DNA of 64,000 nt from NCBI GenBank assembly GCA_963727695.1, contig CAVSHW010000039.1:7770-71769 (forward strand), in the 5' to 3' direction. The notes below the pieces were generated by a model. That model had not been told where the DNA came from, searched no databases, and was given only the letters and a program-made list of their open reading frames with translations. The translations under genes were made by a program, and so were the position numbers. Origin of the DNA: an uncultured Methylomirabilota bacterium (GTDB lineage: Bacteria > Methylomirabilota > Methylomirabilia > Methylomirabilales > 2-02-FULL-66-22). Positions 18,240 through 26,742 of the stretch are shown here, piece after piece. The stretch's first letter is position 1. Each line of letters begins with the position of its first letter.

Positions 18240-19565
18240 TTACTTTCCTTCGGTCTTTTCCATGATCTTGGCCATCTCGGCGTTGGCCTTGTCGGCAGCC
18301 GCCTTGACATTCTCTCCCAAGATGGACGACACGATCACCGCCCCTACCTCGTCTCGGACCTCGGAGACGGCCACGATCGGGGGGTTCCAGTCCGTGCTGG
18401 CGATCTCCAGGCTCTTCAGCGAGGCCTCGATCCAGTCCTTATGTTTCTGCTCGGTCAAGAACTTGGGGTCCTTCCACGAAGAGGCGCGGACGCTGGGTGC
18501 GCCCTTGATGTGCATCTTGAGGATGTTCTCTTTGCTCGCGGCCCACTGGACGAAGAGGTAGGCCGCCTCCTTCTTCTTCGATTTGGACGAGACCGCCATG
18601 GACCAGACCTCCATGGTCGGCTTCCGCCCGGCGGGCCCGCCCGGGAAGAGGGCGTAGCCCACTTTCCCCACGACCTGCGACTTGGCCGGATCTTCGAAGA
18701 AGAAGATCCGGTTGGAGACGTCGGTGTACATCGCAGCCTTGCCCTGGACGAAGAGCGAGATACACTCGTACCAGTGGTAGTTCACCGCACCGGGGGGACC
18801 GTAATTCCGGAGGAGCCGGCCGTAATAGTCGAAGGCTTGGACGGCTTCGGGGGTGTTCATGGCGGGCTTTCCATCCTTGGTCAGCCAACTGCCGCCGAAC
18901 CCGAAGAGATACGGTGCCCATTGGGAGGTGGCGGCGGCCTTCTTCCCGCGCAGCACGATGCCGACCAGTTTCTGACCGCCATCCTCGACGTTGTTGAGCT
19001 TCTTGGCGGTCTCCTCCATCTCGGCGAAGGTTTGGGGCACCTTGAGCTTCATCTTGTCGAAGAGGTCTTTCCGGTAGTAGAGCATGGTGGTCTGCTGGGT
19101 CGTCGGCAGCGCCACGAGTTTTCCATCATAGGTATTGCCCTGCAAGGCGGGCTTGCCGATGTCGGCGAGGTCGAAAGTCGGATCGGTGAGACGCGGACTC
19201 TTCAGATACCCGTCGAGCGGCTCGTACCAGCCGGAGCGCCAGAACTTCAGGCCCTCTTGCGCGGTTGCCGTATGGATGACATCCACCGACCCGGTCCCCG
19301 CGGCCAATTCCAACAGCACCTTCTGCCGGTACTGGTCCTCGGTGAACGTTTCGTACTGGACCTTGATGCCGGTCAGCTTCTCGAAATCCGGCACGTTGGC
19401 TTGGATCGCCTCGCCGGATGCGTTCTTGTTGGCCATGACGCGGATCGTGGTCCCCTTGAGCATCTGCCAATCGAACTTCTGGGCCTCGCCGGGCCGGGGC
19501 AGGAGGAGCATCCAGGCGAACAGCAATCCGGCGGCGAGGAAGAAAGACGAAACTCGTCGAGCCAT
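18240..19565 (-). CDS. Extracellular solute-binding protein (family 1, sugar)
   Basis: 441 aa. Signal peptide MARRVSSFFLAAGLLFAWMLLLPRPGEA. First gene of the ABC operon. Confidence 0.9.
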   Translation of the reverse strand: MARRVSSFFLAAGLLFAWMLLLPRPGEAQKFDWQMLKGTTIRVMANKNASGEAIQANVPDFEKLTGIKVQYETFTEDQYRQKVLLELAAGTGSVDVIHTATAQEGLKFWRSGWYEPLDGYLKSPRLTDPTFDLADIGKPALQGNTYDGKLVALPTTQQTTMLYYRKDLFDKMKLKVPQTFAEMEETAKKLNNVEDGGQKLVGIVLRGKKAAATSQWAPYLFGFGGSWLTKDGKPAMNTPEAVQAFDYYGRLLRNYGPPGAVNYHWYECISLFVQGKAAMYTDVSNRIFFFEDPAKSQVVGKVGYALFPGGPAGRKPTMEVWSMAVSSKSKKKEAAYLFVQWAASKENILKMHIKGAPSVRASSWKDPKFLTEQKHKDWIEASLKSLEIASTDWNPPIVAVSEVRDEVGAVIVSSILGENVKAAADKANAEMAKIMEKTEGK

Positions 19566-19727
19566 GATGCGCCTCCCATGTGTGCTGTGAATCTTTCGAC
19601 GACCGCTCTGTGCCAGCGGGCTTCGAAGCGGAAATATCCCAGAAAGCTCTTGCTATCATATTGCAAAATGGAGAGTCAATCTCAAAGTTTGCTCGGCGGT
19701 CCGCCAGTAATCCACATCCCCGACCAC

Positions 19728-19900
19728 CAGCAGGCTGCTGAAAAACCCGATTTCGCCCAGGCTGCTCAAAAAGGTCCAGATGCGAGGCGGCGCGCGATGG
19801 GCGGGGTACCCACCAGAGGTGGGTCCAGGCGTACACTGGGTACGCCGCAGCGAGTGCCCAAGCGCGACAACGCTGCAGATGGGCCTTTTTCAGCGGCCTG
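19728..19900 (+). repeat. Nested-palindrome repeat family 1, copy B
   Basis: Outer CAGCAGGCTGCTGAAAAACC, inner CAGGCTGCTCAAAAAGGTCCAGATGC, apical GGCGTACactggGTACGCC, right arm GCAGATGGGCCTTTTTCAGCGGCCTG. Confidence 0.9.
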
Positions 19901-19914
19901 TTAGAAGGACAGCG

Positions 19915-21060
19915 CTACACTCGGATCGGGTACCCGCCGAACTCCATGGCCGCGTCGAACATGGCCACGATATTCTCCGGCGGCACGTCGGCCTGAATAT
20001 TGTGGACCGATCCGAAGATGAACCCCCCGCCCGGCGCCAAGTCGTGAATCCGACGTTTGACCTCGTCGACCACCTGCGGCACCGTCCCGGTCCCCATCAC
20101 CACCGGATCGCAGCCTCCGCCCCAGAAGGTCAAGTCCTTGCCAAACTCCTTCTTCAGCCGGGCCGAGTCCATCTCCGCCGCGTTGACCTGGACCGGGTTC
20201 AGGATGTCTACGCCGATTTCGATCAGATCGGGGATCAGCCGGTAGATCGAGCCGCAGGAGTGCAGATACACGCGGGCCTTGGTCTGCCGCTTGATCGCGG
20301 CAATGAGCTGTTGGAGCCGCGGCTTGTAGATCCGCTGGAAGACGGCCGGGGCCATCATCGGCCCTTGCTGGCTCCCCAAGTCCTCGTTGAGCTGGATCAC
20401 GTCGACGCAGTCCCCCACCTGGGACAGCACCATGTTCCAGTAGGCGAGCTGCCACTCCAGGACGCGCTCGGTGAAGGCCTCGACCAGCGGCTGGTTGCCC
20501 CCCAGGTTCACGAAGGCCTGCTCTACCCCGAACATGTACCAGGCGTGCTCCCAGAGGCCGGGCATGGCTCCTCCCATCATCACGATCCTCTCGCCGGCCC
20601 GGTAGGCCGCCCTGATCCGATCCGGCAGGCCCGCGATTCGCGCCGGGTCGGTCGGGTTCGGCCAGCGGTACTTCGCCAGATCCGCCTCCGTCTCGGCCTC
20701 CGCCAGCGGGGTGGCGATCATGTCATAGAAATACCCCCCCGGGGGCATATAATATGTCGTGCCCCACTCGTCCACGTAGGAATTAGTGGCGGGATCGATC
20801 CTGAAAACGTAGTCAGCGGGCGGCTTCGGGAAAAAGATGACGCTCACGCGCTCGAAGCGCTGGAGGAGTTGCGGGTCCGGCTCCACCAGATAGGTGTGGT
20901 AGCTGCGGATCAGCGGCTCCGGCCCGCTGAGCCCGAGGTGGCGCATCAGGGCCTGGTGCGCGTACAGGTGCAGCGTCGTCTGGCGCCCGCCGAAGTCGAG
21001 AGGGACTCGGTCGGGCTCTTGGTGATTGAGGGCGGCCAGTGCTCGCTCGCGGCAGTTCAT
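19915..21060 (-). CDS. Uroporphyrinogen-decarboxylase (URO-D) family protein, function unknown
   Basis: MNCRERALAALNHQEPDRVPLDFGG...VYLHSCGSIYRLIPDLIEIGVDILNPVQ matches the URO-D/MtaA-like fold. Start at 21060 with a GAGGAGG RBS. Confidence 0.85.
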   Translation of the reverse strand: MNCRERALAALNHQEPDRVPLDFGGRQTTLHLYAHQALMRHLGLSGPEPLIRSYHTYLVEPDPQLLQRFERVSVIFFPKPPADYVFRIDPATNSYVDEWGTTYYMPPGGYFYDMIATPLAEAETEADLAKYRWPNPTDPARIAGLPDRIRAAYRAGERIVMMGGAMPGLWEHAWYMFGVEQAFVNLGGNQPLVEAFTERVLEWQLAYWNMVLSQVGDCVDVIQLNEDLGSQQGPMMAPAVFQRIYKPRLQQLIAAIKRQTKARVYLHSCGSIYRLIPDLIEIGVDILNPVQVNAAEMDSARLKKEFGKDLTFWGGGCDPVVMGTGTVPQVVDEVKRRIHDLAPGGGFIFGSVHNIQADVPPENIVAMFDAAMEFGGYPIRV

Positions 21061-21338
21061 CGTCAATCCTCCTCGGACGGGTGTAGGGCGCCGTGCGGGC
21101 CTAGGATGGCCCGGCGTCGCCACGGTCGTCAAGGGGAAAGCATCTCCCAAGACACCTCTTGATCTTGACTTTACAGAAGCGGCAAGTATGGGTAGACTCC
21201 CCCGCGGCGTTCGGGGTACATACGTCGTCTTCGAGAAGACTTTCCGAAGAGCGGCTCTGCGCGCGCAAGATCGCTCTTCTTGTCATCGCAGCGAAGGCCG
21301 TCGCAACCGGCCCAGCAGGTTTTCCAGAGGATGCGCAG

Positions 21339-22046
21339 ATGACCCTCCCGAACTCGTCCCCCTCATACCTGGCCTCCAAGAACCTCCACGTTTACTCGCA
21401 CCATGCCCTGATCGGGCACAAGCTGGCGCTGCTCCGTGACCGTCGCACCCAGCCGGCCCGGTTCGGTCAACTGCTCAAGGAACTGGCCCTGATGCTCCTC
21501 TCGCACGCCACGGCCGAACTGCCGGTGCGCGAGGCGCCGGTGATCACGCCGGTGGGACCGACCACGGAGCGGGTGCTCGCCAAGCGGGTCGGGTTCGCGC
21601 CGATCCTGCGGGCCGGCGCCGGCATGATCCCCGCCGCGCAGGATCTGGTGCCCGGCGCGCCCATCTGGTATCTCGGACTCTACCGGGACGAGGAGACGCT
21701 GCAGCCGGTCCGCTACTATGACAAGCTCCAGGGGTACCCGCCGATCGACATCGCCCTGATCCTCGACCCGATGCTGGCGACGGGCGGATCGGCCTGCGTG
21801 GCGGCCTCGCGGCTCAAGGAGAAGGGCGTGGAGAAGGTCGTCTTCGTCGGCCTGATCGCCGCGCCGGAAGGCCTGGCGCTGCTCGCCCGGGAGCACCCGG
21901 ACGTGGAGGTCCACGTGGCCGCCGTGGACAAGCGGCTCAACGAACGAGGCTACATCGTCCCGGGGCTGGGAGACGCCGGCGACCGACAGAACGCTACCGG
22001 GGCGAACGATCCCACCGATGACCCGTTCGTGCCGGAGCAGGGATAG
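21339..22046 (+). CDS. upp: Uracil phosphoribosyltransferase
   Basis: LILDPMLATGGS (PRPP loop) and the GYIVPGLGDAGDR signature. Start MTLPNSS at 21339, inside track ORF 21159..22046. A later start is possible. Confidence 0.9.
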   Translation: MTLPNSSPSYLASKNLHVYSHHALIGHKLALLRDRRTQPARFGQLLKELALMLLSHATAELPVREAPVITPVGPTTERVLAKRVGFAPILRAGAGMIPAAQDLVPGAPIWYLGLYRDEETLQPVRYYDKLQGYPPIDIALILDPMLATGGSACVAASRLKEKGVEKVVFVGLIAAPEGLALLAREHPDVEVHVAAVDKRLNERGYIVPGLGDAGDRQNATGANDPTDDPFVPEQG

Positions 22047-22095
22047 GAGGGGAGAAGTCCAGAACCGAGCGGACACCGCAGAGAGGAGCGCGCGC

Positions 22096-23349
22096 ATGGT
22101 GACTCGATCAGACTACGAGATCGTCTTACCCGAGCAGAGCCTCCCGACAGGTCGGATGGTCGGGCTGGGCTTGCAGCACGTCATCGCCATGTTCGGGGCG
22201 ACGGTCCTGGCCCCACTCCTGATGGGGTTCGACCCCAACCTGGCGATCTTCTTCTCGGGCATCGGCACGTTGATCTTCATGTTCCTGGTGCGGGGCCGCA
22301 TCCCCAGCTATCTCGGGAGCTCGTTTGCCTTCATCGGCCCCGTGATCGCGGCCAAGAGCCATGGGGGCGTCCCGGCCGCTCTGGGCGGCATCGCCGCGGC
22401 CGCCGTCCTCTACTTCATCGTGGGGCTCCTGGCCAAGACTCGGTCCGGCACGCGGGCCATCGCGGCCCTGATGCCGCCGCCGGTCACCGCCGCCGTCGTC
22501 GCCGTGATCGGGATCGGGCTGGCGCCGGTCGGCTGGGATATGTCTTCCAAGGGCTGGCCGCTCGCCGGTTTCACCCTGGCCGTGGCGATCTTCGTGGCGG
22601 TCGCCACGCGCGGCTTCCCCAAACTGATCCCCGTCCTCATCGCGGTCATCGCTGGCTACCTCGCCGCCGCCCTGTCCGGAGGCGTGGATTTCAGCGGCGT
22701 CAGCAAGGCCGCCTGGATCGGCCTGCCGAACTTCGTCACGCCGAGGTTCAGCTTCGAGGCGGTCTCGCTGATCATCCCGGTGGTGGTGATGCTGATCGCC
22801 GAGAACCTGGGCCACGTCAAGGCCATCTCGGCCTACATGGAGCGCGACCTCACCCCCGACGTGGGCAACGCCTTCATGGGGGATGCGGCGGCCACGTTCG
22901 TCTCCGCGCTGGGCGGCGGCACCGGCCAGACTACCTACGCCGAGAACATCGGCGTGATGTCGATCACCAAGGTCTTCTCCATCCGGCCGCTTCAGGTCGC
23001 GGCAGTGGCCGCCATCCTGCTCGGTCTGGTGCCGAAGTTCGGCGCCCTGATCGGCTCGATCCCCGTCCCGGTGATGGGCGGCATCTCTTTCCTGCTCTTC
23101 GGCCTCATCGCCGGGACCAGCAGCAAGGTGATCTCCACGGCGGACGAGGATTGGGGAACGCTGGAGAATTTCGGCGTCTTCGGGATCTCGATCGCCCTCT
23201 GCACCGCCATGGTCGCCAAGGGGGCGGCCGTGAACTTCGGCGGCATCGTCCTCGATCCGATCGGCGCCTCGACCTTCGCGGCGGTCCTCCTCAACCTGGC
23301 CATCGTGATCGCCAAGAAGCTGAGTCCGTTTGTGACCCATAACGCCTAG
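22096..23349 (+). CDS. uraA: NCS2-family nucleobase permease (uracil/xanthine)
   Basis: GLQHVIAMFGATVLAPLLMGF...ENLGHVKAIS...YAENIGVM are NCS2 blocks. Adjacent to upp. GAGAGGAG RBS before the ATG at 22096. Confidence 0.85.
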   Translation: MVTRSDYEIVLPEQSLPTGRMVGLGLQHVIAMFGATVLAPLLMGFDPNLAIFFSGIGTLIFMFLVRGRIPSYLGSSFAFIGPVIAAKSHGGVPAALGGIAAAAVLYFIVGLLAKTRSGTRAIAALMPPPVTAAVVAVIGIGLAPVGWDMSSKGWPLAGFTLAVAIFVAVATRGFPKLIPVLIAVIAGYLAAALSGGVDFSGVSKAAWIGLPNFVTPRFSFEAVSLIIPVVVMLIAENLGHVKAISAYMERDLTPDVGNAFMGDAAATFVSALGGGTGQTTYAENIGVMSITKVFSIRPLQVAAVAAILLGLVPKFGALIGSIPVPVMGGISFLLFGLIAGTSSKVISTADEDWGTLENFGVFGISIALCTAMVAKGAAVNFGGIVLDPIGASTFAAVLLNLAIVIAKKLSPFVTHNA

Positions 23350-23368
23350 TCCCCGAGATGGTGTCTCC

Positions 23369-23518
23369 ATGGCGTTCACCGCGATCAAGCTGCCGTTGCT
23401 CAGCGTCGTGCGGTCCCACTCGCTCGTGGGCATGACCGTCTTCGCGCGCCTGGCGGGAGCCCTGGCTGTCCGACTCCGGTACACCGACACCGAGTTGCGC
23501 ACCCTCTCCGAGTCCTAG
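23369..23518 (+). CDS. Doubtful 49-aa ORF
   Basis: Own reading: MAFTAIKLPLLSVVRSHSLVGMTVFARLAGALAVRLRYTDTELRTLSES. No clear RBS. Its TAG lies 1 nt from repeat copy C. Confidence 0.2.
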   Translation: MAFTAIKLPLLSVVRSHSLVGMTVFARLAGALAVRLRYTDTELRTLSES

Positions 23519-23519
23519 G

Positions 23520-23689
23520 CAGGCTGCTGAAAAAGGCCCATCTGCTGCGTTGGCTTGCTTAGGCACTCGTTGCGGCGCACCCCAGTACGCCTCACTCGGC
23601 CTCGGGTACCCATCCAACAGGATGGGTGCGCCGCCTTGCATCTGGACCTTTTTGAGCAGCCTGAGCAAAGCGATCTATCAGCAGCCTGC
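23520..23689 (-). repeat. Nested-palindrome repeat family 1, copy C (inverted orientation)
   Basis: The reverse complement has the same architecture as B and D, including the outer motif. Apical hairpin GGCGTACtggggTGCGCC. Confidence 0.9.
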
Positions 23690-23938
23690 TATATGCCTAT
23701 CCCGCCGTCGATGGAGATGCTCGCGCCATTCATGAAGGCGGCCTCGTCTGAGGCCGCGAACAGGATGGCGGCGGCGATCTCCGATCCGTGCCCAGCCGGC
23801 CCATGGGCTGGCGCGCGATGAAGTCCGCCCTGGATTTCTCGGGATCGGCAAAGGCCTGGATCCGCCGCCCCCGTGCTTTCGCATCTCCGGAATCGCGTGT
23901 TTCGAGACCAGGAAGGGCCCTTTCAGGTTGACCGCCAT
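23689..23938 (-). pseudogene. Remnant of an SDR oxidoreductase
   Basis: Three frames on the minus strand carry NLKGPFLVSKHAIPEMRKHGGG, then IQAFADPEKSRADFIARQPMGRLGT, then EIAAAILFAASDEAAFMNGASISIDGGIGI-stop. The N-terminus and catalytic middle are missing. Confidence 0.65.
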
Positions 23939-23950
23939 CGTCCGGCCGAT

Positions 23951-24763
23951 CTATCGCACCGCGACCACGTCCCCCGTGTCGAAGCCGGGGCGGATGAAGG
24001 CGCGGGCGTCGGGGAAAGTCGCCTCGATGTCCCGGCGCAGTCGGCTGAGGGTGGCCAACAGGGGCAGGATCTGGTCCTCCTCGTCGGGCAACTGACGGAG
24101 CATCTCTGACCACGCGGCCAACGACCGATCGATGCCGATCAGGGCCACTTTGGCCGAACCGTCGGCATCACTACGGTCAAGCCCGATGTCGATCTCGTCG
24201 TCGCGTCGCAGAGAACCAACCGCCCGCACGATCTTGACGGCGATCTGGTGCTGGTACCACCGGATGACCTCCGTTGCTTCCTGCAGGCGTAGTACGTCTC
24301 CTTCCGGGTCCGCCCCGGGGAGCCCCATCCGGTCCAGCCGCTCTAGCTCCTCGCCGCGCTCCTGAAAGCGGGGATCGGCCTGCTCGAACCAGGCCTCGAC
24401 GGCCGCGCGGTACTCGCCGGCGGCGATGGCGCAGGGATGGCTCCAGGCCTCGTCATGCCACCGCGCCATCTCCCGTGCCGCCTCCGCATCCAGCGGGGGA
24501 AGCACGATGCCGCGCTCCTCCAGCATCTCATCGAGCATCTCGTGCGCCTCGCGGAAGATCTCCCCCAGGCGGTCCCAGAAGGCCCGATTGTTGATGTCGC
24601 GCGAGGCCGGATCCCCGCAGTCCTCCTCCTGCTCCGTCGCGTACACGAGACAGCGCGATGTCAGCGGGCACCGCTCGCACCACCGGTCACAATAGTTGTA
24701 CACACCGGAGATGATCTGCGGATCTCCCACCAGCTCCTTCAGCCTGCGTCGCCTTGCGGCCAT
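23951..24763 (-). CDS. Hypothetical protein with N-terminal CxxxCxxCxxxxxC motif
   Basis: Track ORF 23951..24796. Preferred start MAARRRRL at 24763 (GAGAGGGGAG upstream); alternative start at 24796. VYNYCDRWCERCPLTSRC, then an acidic helical protein. Confidence 0.7.
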   Translation of the reverse strand: MAARRRRLKELVGDPQIISGVYNYCDRWCERCPLTSRCLVYATEQEEDCGDPASRDINNRAFWDRLGEIFREAHEMLDEMLEERGIVLPPLDAEAAREMARWHDEAWSHPCAIAAGEYRAAVEAWFEQADPRFQERGEELERLDRMGLPGADPEGDVLRLQEATEVIRWYQHQIAVKIVRAVGSLRRDDEIDIGLDRSDADGSAKVALIGIDRSLAAWSEMLRQLPDEEDQILPLLATLSRLRRDIEATFPDARAFIRPGFDTGDVVAVR

Positions 24764-24796
24764 GACGTCTCCCCTCTCGGCTACTTGGCTTCCCAT

Positions 24797-24949
24797 AGCA
24801 GGCTGCTGAAAAACCTGTTTCGCCCAGGCTGCTCAAAAAGGTCCAGATGCAAGGCGGAACGCGCAGAGCCGAGTGAGGCGTACTCCAGGTACGCCGCAAC
24901 GAGTGCTCGAGTGTTCCAACGCCGCAGATGGGCCTTTTTCAGCAGCCTG
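24797..24949 (+). repeat. Nested-palindrome repeat family 1, copy D
   Basis: AGCAGGCTGCTGAAAAACC...CAGGCTGCTCAAAAAGGTCCAGATGC...GGCGTACtccagGTACGCC...GCAGATGGGCCTTTTTCAGCAGCCTG. Abuts the arfB stop. Confidence 0.9.
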
Positions 24950-25375
24950 TTAGTCGTCGATCACCCCGGGCGGCTTTCTGGTCTGTTTTGCCTGCCCGTG
25001 CCGGCGTTTCGTCTCCAGCCGGCGCACTCTCGACGCCCTCGATGGCTTGGTCTCCCTCCGCGGCTTCGGCTTCTCGACGGCCTTGCGAACCAGCAGCACG
25101 AGCCGGTCGATCGCATCCCGGCGGTTCGCCTCTTGCGTCCGGAACCGCCTGGCCTCGATGGAGAGCATCCCGTCCTGTCCGACTCGTCTGCCCGCCAGAC
25201 CCAGCAGCCGCGCACGAACCTCTTCCGGCAGGGAGGGGCAAGCACGGACGTCGAACCGCAGGCGCACCGCCGTCGACACCTTGTTGACGTTCTGCCCCCC
25301 GGGACCGGAAGCCCGGAGGAACTCGAAGCGGAGCTCCCCTTCATCTATGGCGATGCTGTCGTTGATCTGGATCAT
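24950..25375 (-). CDS. arfB: Alternative ribosome-rescue factor ArfB (peptidyl-tRNA hydrolase, GGQ)
   Basis: FLRASGPGGQNVNKVSTAVRLRFD plus a basic C-terminal tail. 141 aa. Confidence 0.9.
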   Translation of the reverse strand: MIQINDSIAIDEGELRFEFLRASGPGGQNVNKVSTAVRLRFDVRACPSLPEEVRARLLGLAGRRVGQDGMLSIEARRFRTQEANRRDAIDRLVLLVRKAVEKPKPRRETKPSRASRVRRLETKRRHGQAKQTRKPPGVIDD

Positions 25376-25628
25376 CTTTGGTTACGCTGCGGGAGCGGCG
25401 GCCTGCCCCTCCTTCTGCGTGCTGAAACATGAAATCGGCCGGAAACCGTTCAGCGTTTCGCTGGAATGGAATTTTTTACGAGGTAGGTTTACATCTCAGG
25501 TTTACCCAAAGTCAACGGCATTCTTCTGGACAGAAACGGCTGCTCTGCTAAGATGATTGGGCTTCAGTGACCCGGTGGGGTCGAATCCAAAGGATGGCTG
25601 CCGACCTGACCATATTCGGAGGGGAATC

Positions 25629-26672
25629 ATGTCCGAACTCTTCTCACCCTTCACGCTGCGCGGCGTGACACTGCGAAACCGGATCGCCATGTCCCCCATG
25701 TGCATGTACTCGTGCGGCGAGGACGGCCTCGCCACGGACTTCCACCTGGCCCACCTCGCGGCGCGCGCCATGGGCGGCGCCGGTCTGGTCATGACCGAAG
25801 CGGCGGCCGTCGAGGCGCGCGGACGAATCAGCACGAGCGATCTGGGAATCTGGAACGACTCCCAGGTCGAGCCACTCGTCCGGATCGTCCGTCTGGGCAA
25901 GGCGCAGGGAGCCGTGATGTGCGCGCAGTTGGCCCACGCCGGGCGCAAAGCCTGGACCCCGACGAAGGGCGTCGGGCCGGCCGCCGCCGTGGCGCCGAGC
26001 GCCATTCCCTTCGACGCCGACTGGACCACCCCGCACGAGCTGTCCAAGGCGGAGCTGGACGGGATCGTCTCCGCCTTTCGCGCGGCCGCCCAGCGGGCCG
26101 TGCAGGCGGGCTTCGACGCCGTTGAGGTGCATGGGGCTCATGGCTATCTCCTTCACGAGTTCCTCTCGCCCATCGCCAATCACCGGACCGACGAGTACGG
26201 CGGCTCGCTGGAGAACCGCGCTCGGCTGCTCCTCCGCGTCGTGGACGCCGTGCGCGAACCGCTCTCGGAGACTCGCCCGATCCTGGTTCGCTTATCGTGC
26301 ACCGACTGGATCGAGGGTGGGTTGACCATAGAGGACCAGGTACAGGTGGCCCGTTGGCTCAAGGCCCACGGCGTGGACCTGCTGGACTGCTCGTCCGGCG
26401 CCATCACGTCCTTCGTGCCCCCGGTCGGTCCGGGGTACCAGGTGCCTTTTGCGGAGAAGATCCGGCGCGAGGCGGGCATCGCCACGATGTCCGTGGGACT
26501 GATCACGACGCCGGAGATGGCGGAAGAGATCGTGCGGAACGGGCGCGCCGACATGGTCGCCATGGGACGCGAGTTCTTGCGGAACCCCTACTGGCCGCTC
26601 CAGGCGGCGCGGGCGCTGGGACACGACCTCGCCTGGCCCAAACAGTACCAGCGGGCCAAGCCAGTAGCCTAA
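25629..26672 (+). CDS. namA: Old-yellow-enzyme NADPH:flavin oxidoreductase (YqjM/NamA type)
   Basis: MSELFSPFTLRGVTLRNRIAMSPMCMYS...HGAHGYLLHEFLSP...GRADMVAMGRE. GGAGGGG RBS. Confidence 0.85.
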   Translation: MSELFSPFTLRGVTLRNRIAMSPMCMYSCGEDGLATDFHLAHLAARAMGGAGLVMTEAAAVEARGRISTSDLGIWNDSQVEPLVRIVRLGKAQGAVMCAQLAHAGRKAWTPTKGVGPAAAVAPSAIPFDADWTTPHELSKAELDGIVSAFRAAAQRAVQAGFDAVEVHGAHGYLLHEFLSPIANHRTDEYGGSLENRARLLLRVVDAVREPLSETRPILVRLSCTDWIEGGLTIEDQVQVARWLKAHGVDLLDCSSGAITSFVPPVGPGYQVPFAEKIRREAGIATMSVGLITTPEMAEEIVRNGRADMVAMGREFLRNPYWPLQAARALGHDLAWPKQYQRAKPVA

Positions 26673-26742
26673 CCGGCGCACGAGATTTCGCTTGACCTTT
26701 CATTTGCTATTCCCATGAGGAGGACTAGCCATTCATACGCCA

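Noticed and set aside
21300-21341. UUUCCAGAGGAUG just upstream of the upp start resembles the PyrR-binding loop (UCCAGAGAGG), with small hairpins further upstream (21195-21290)
   Set aside because: The motif is one base short of the consensus and overlaps what is simply a good RBS (AGAGGA). No terminator/antiterminator pair is evident and no pyrR is present in the window. It is left as an untested idea.
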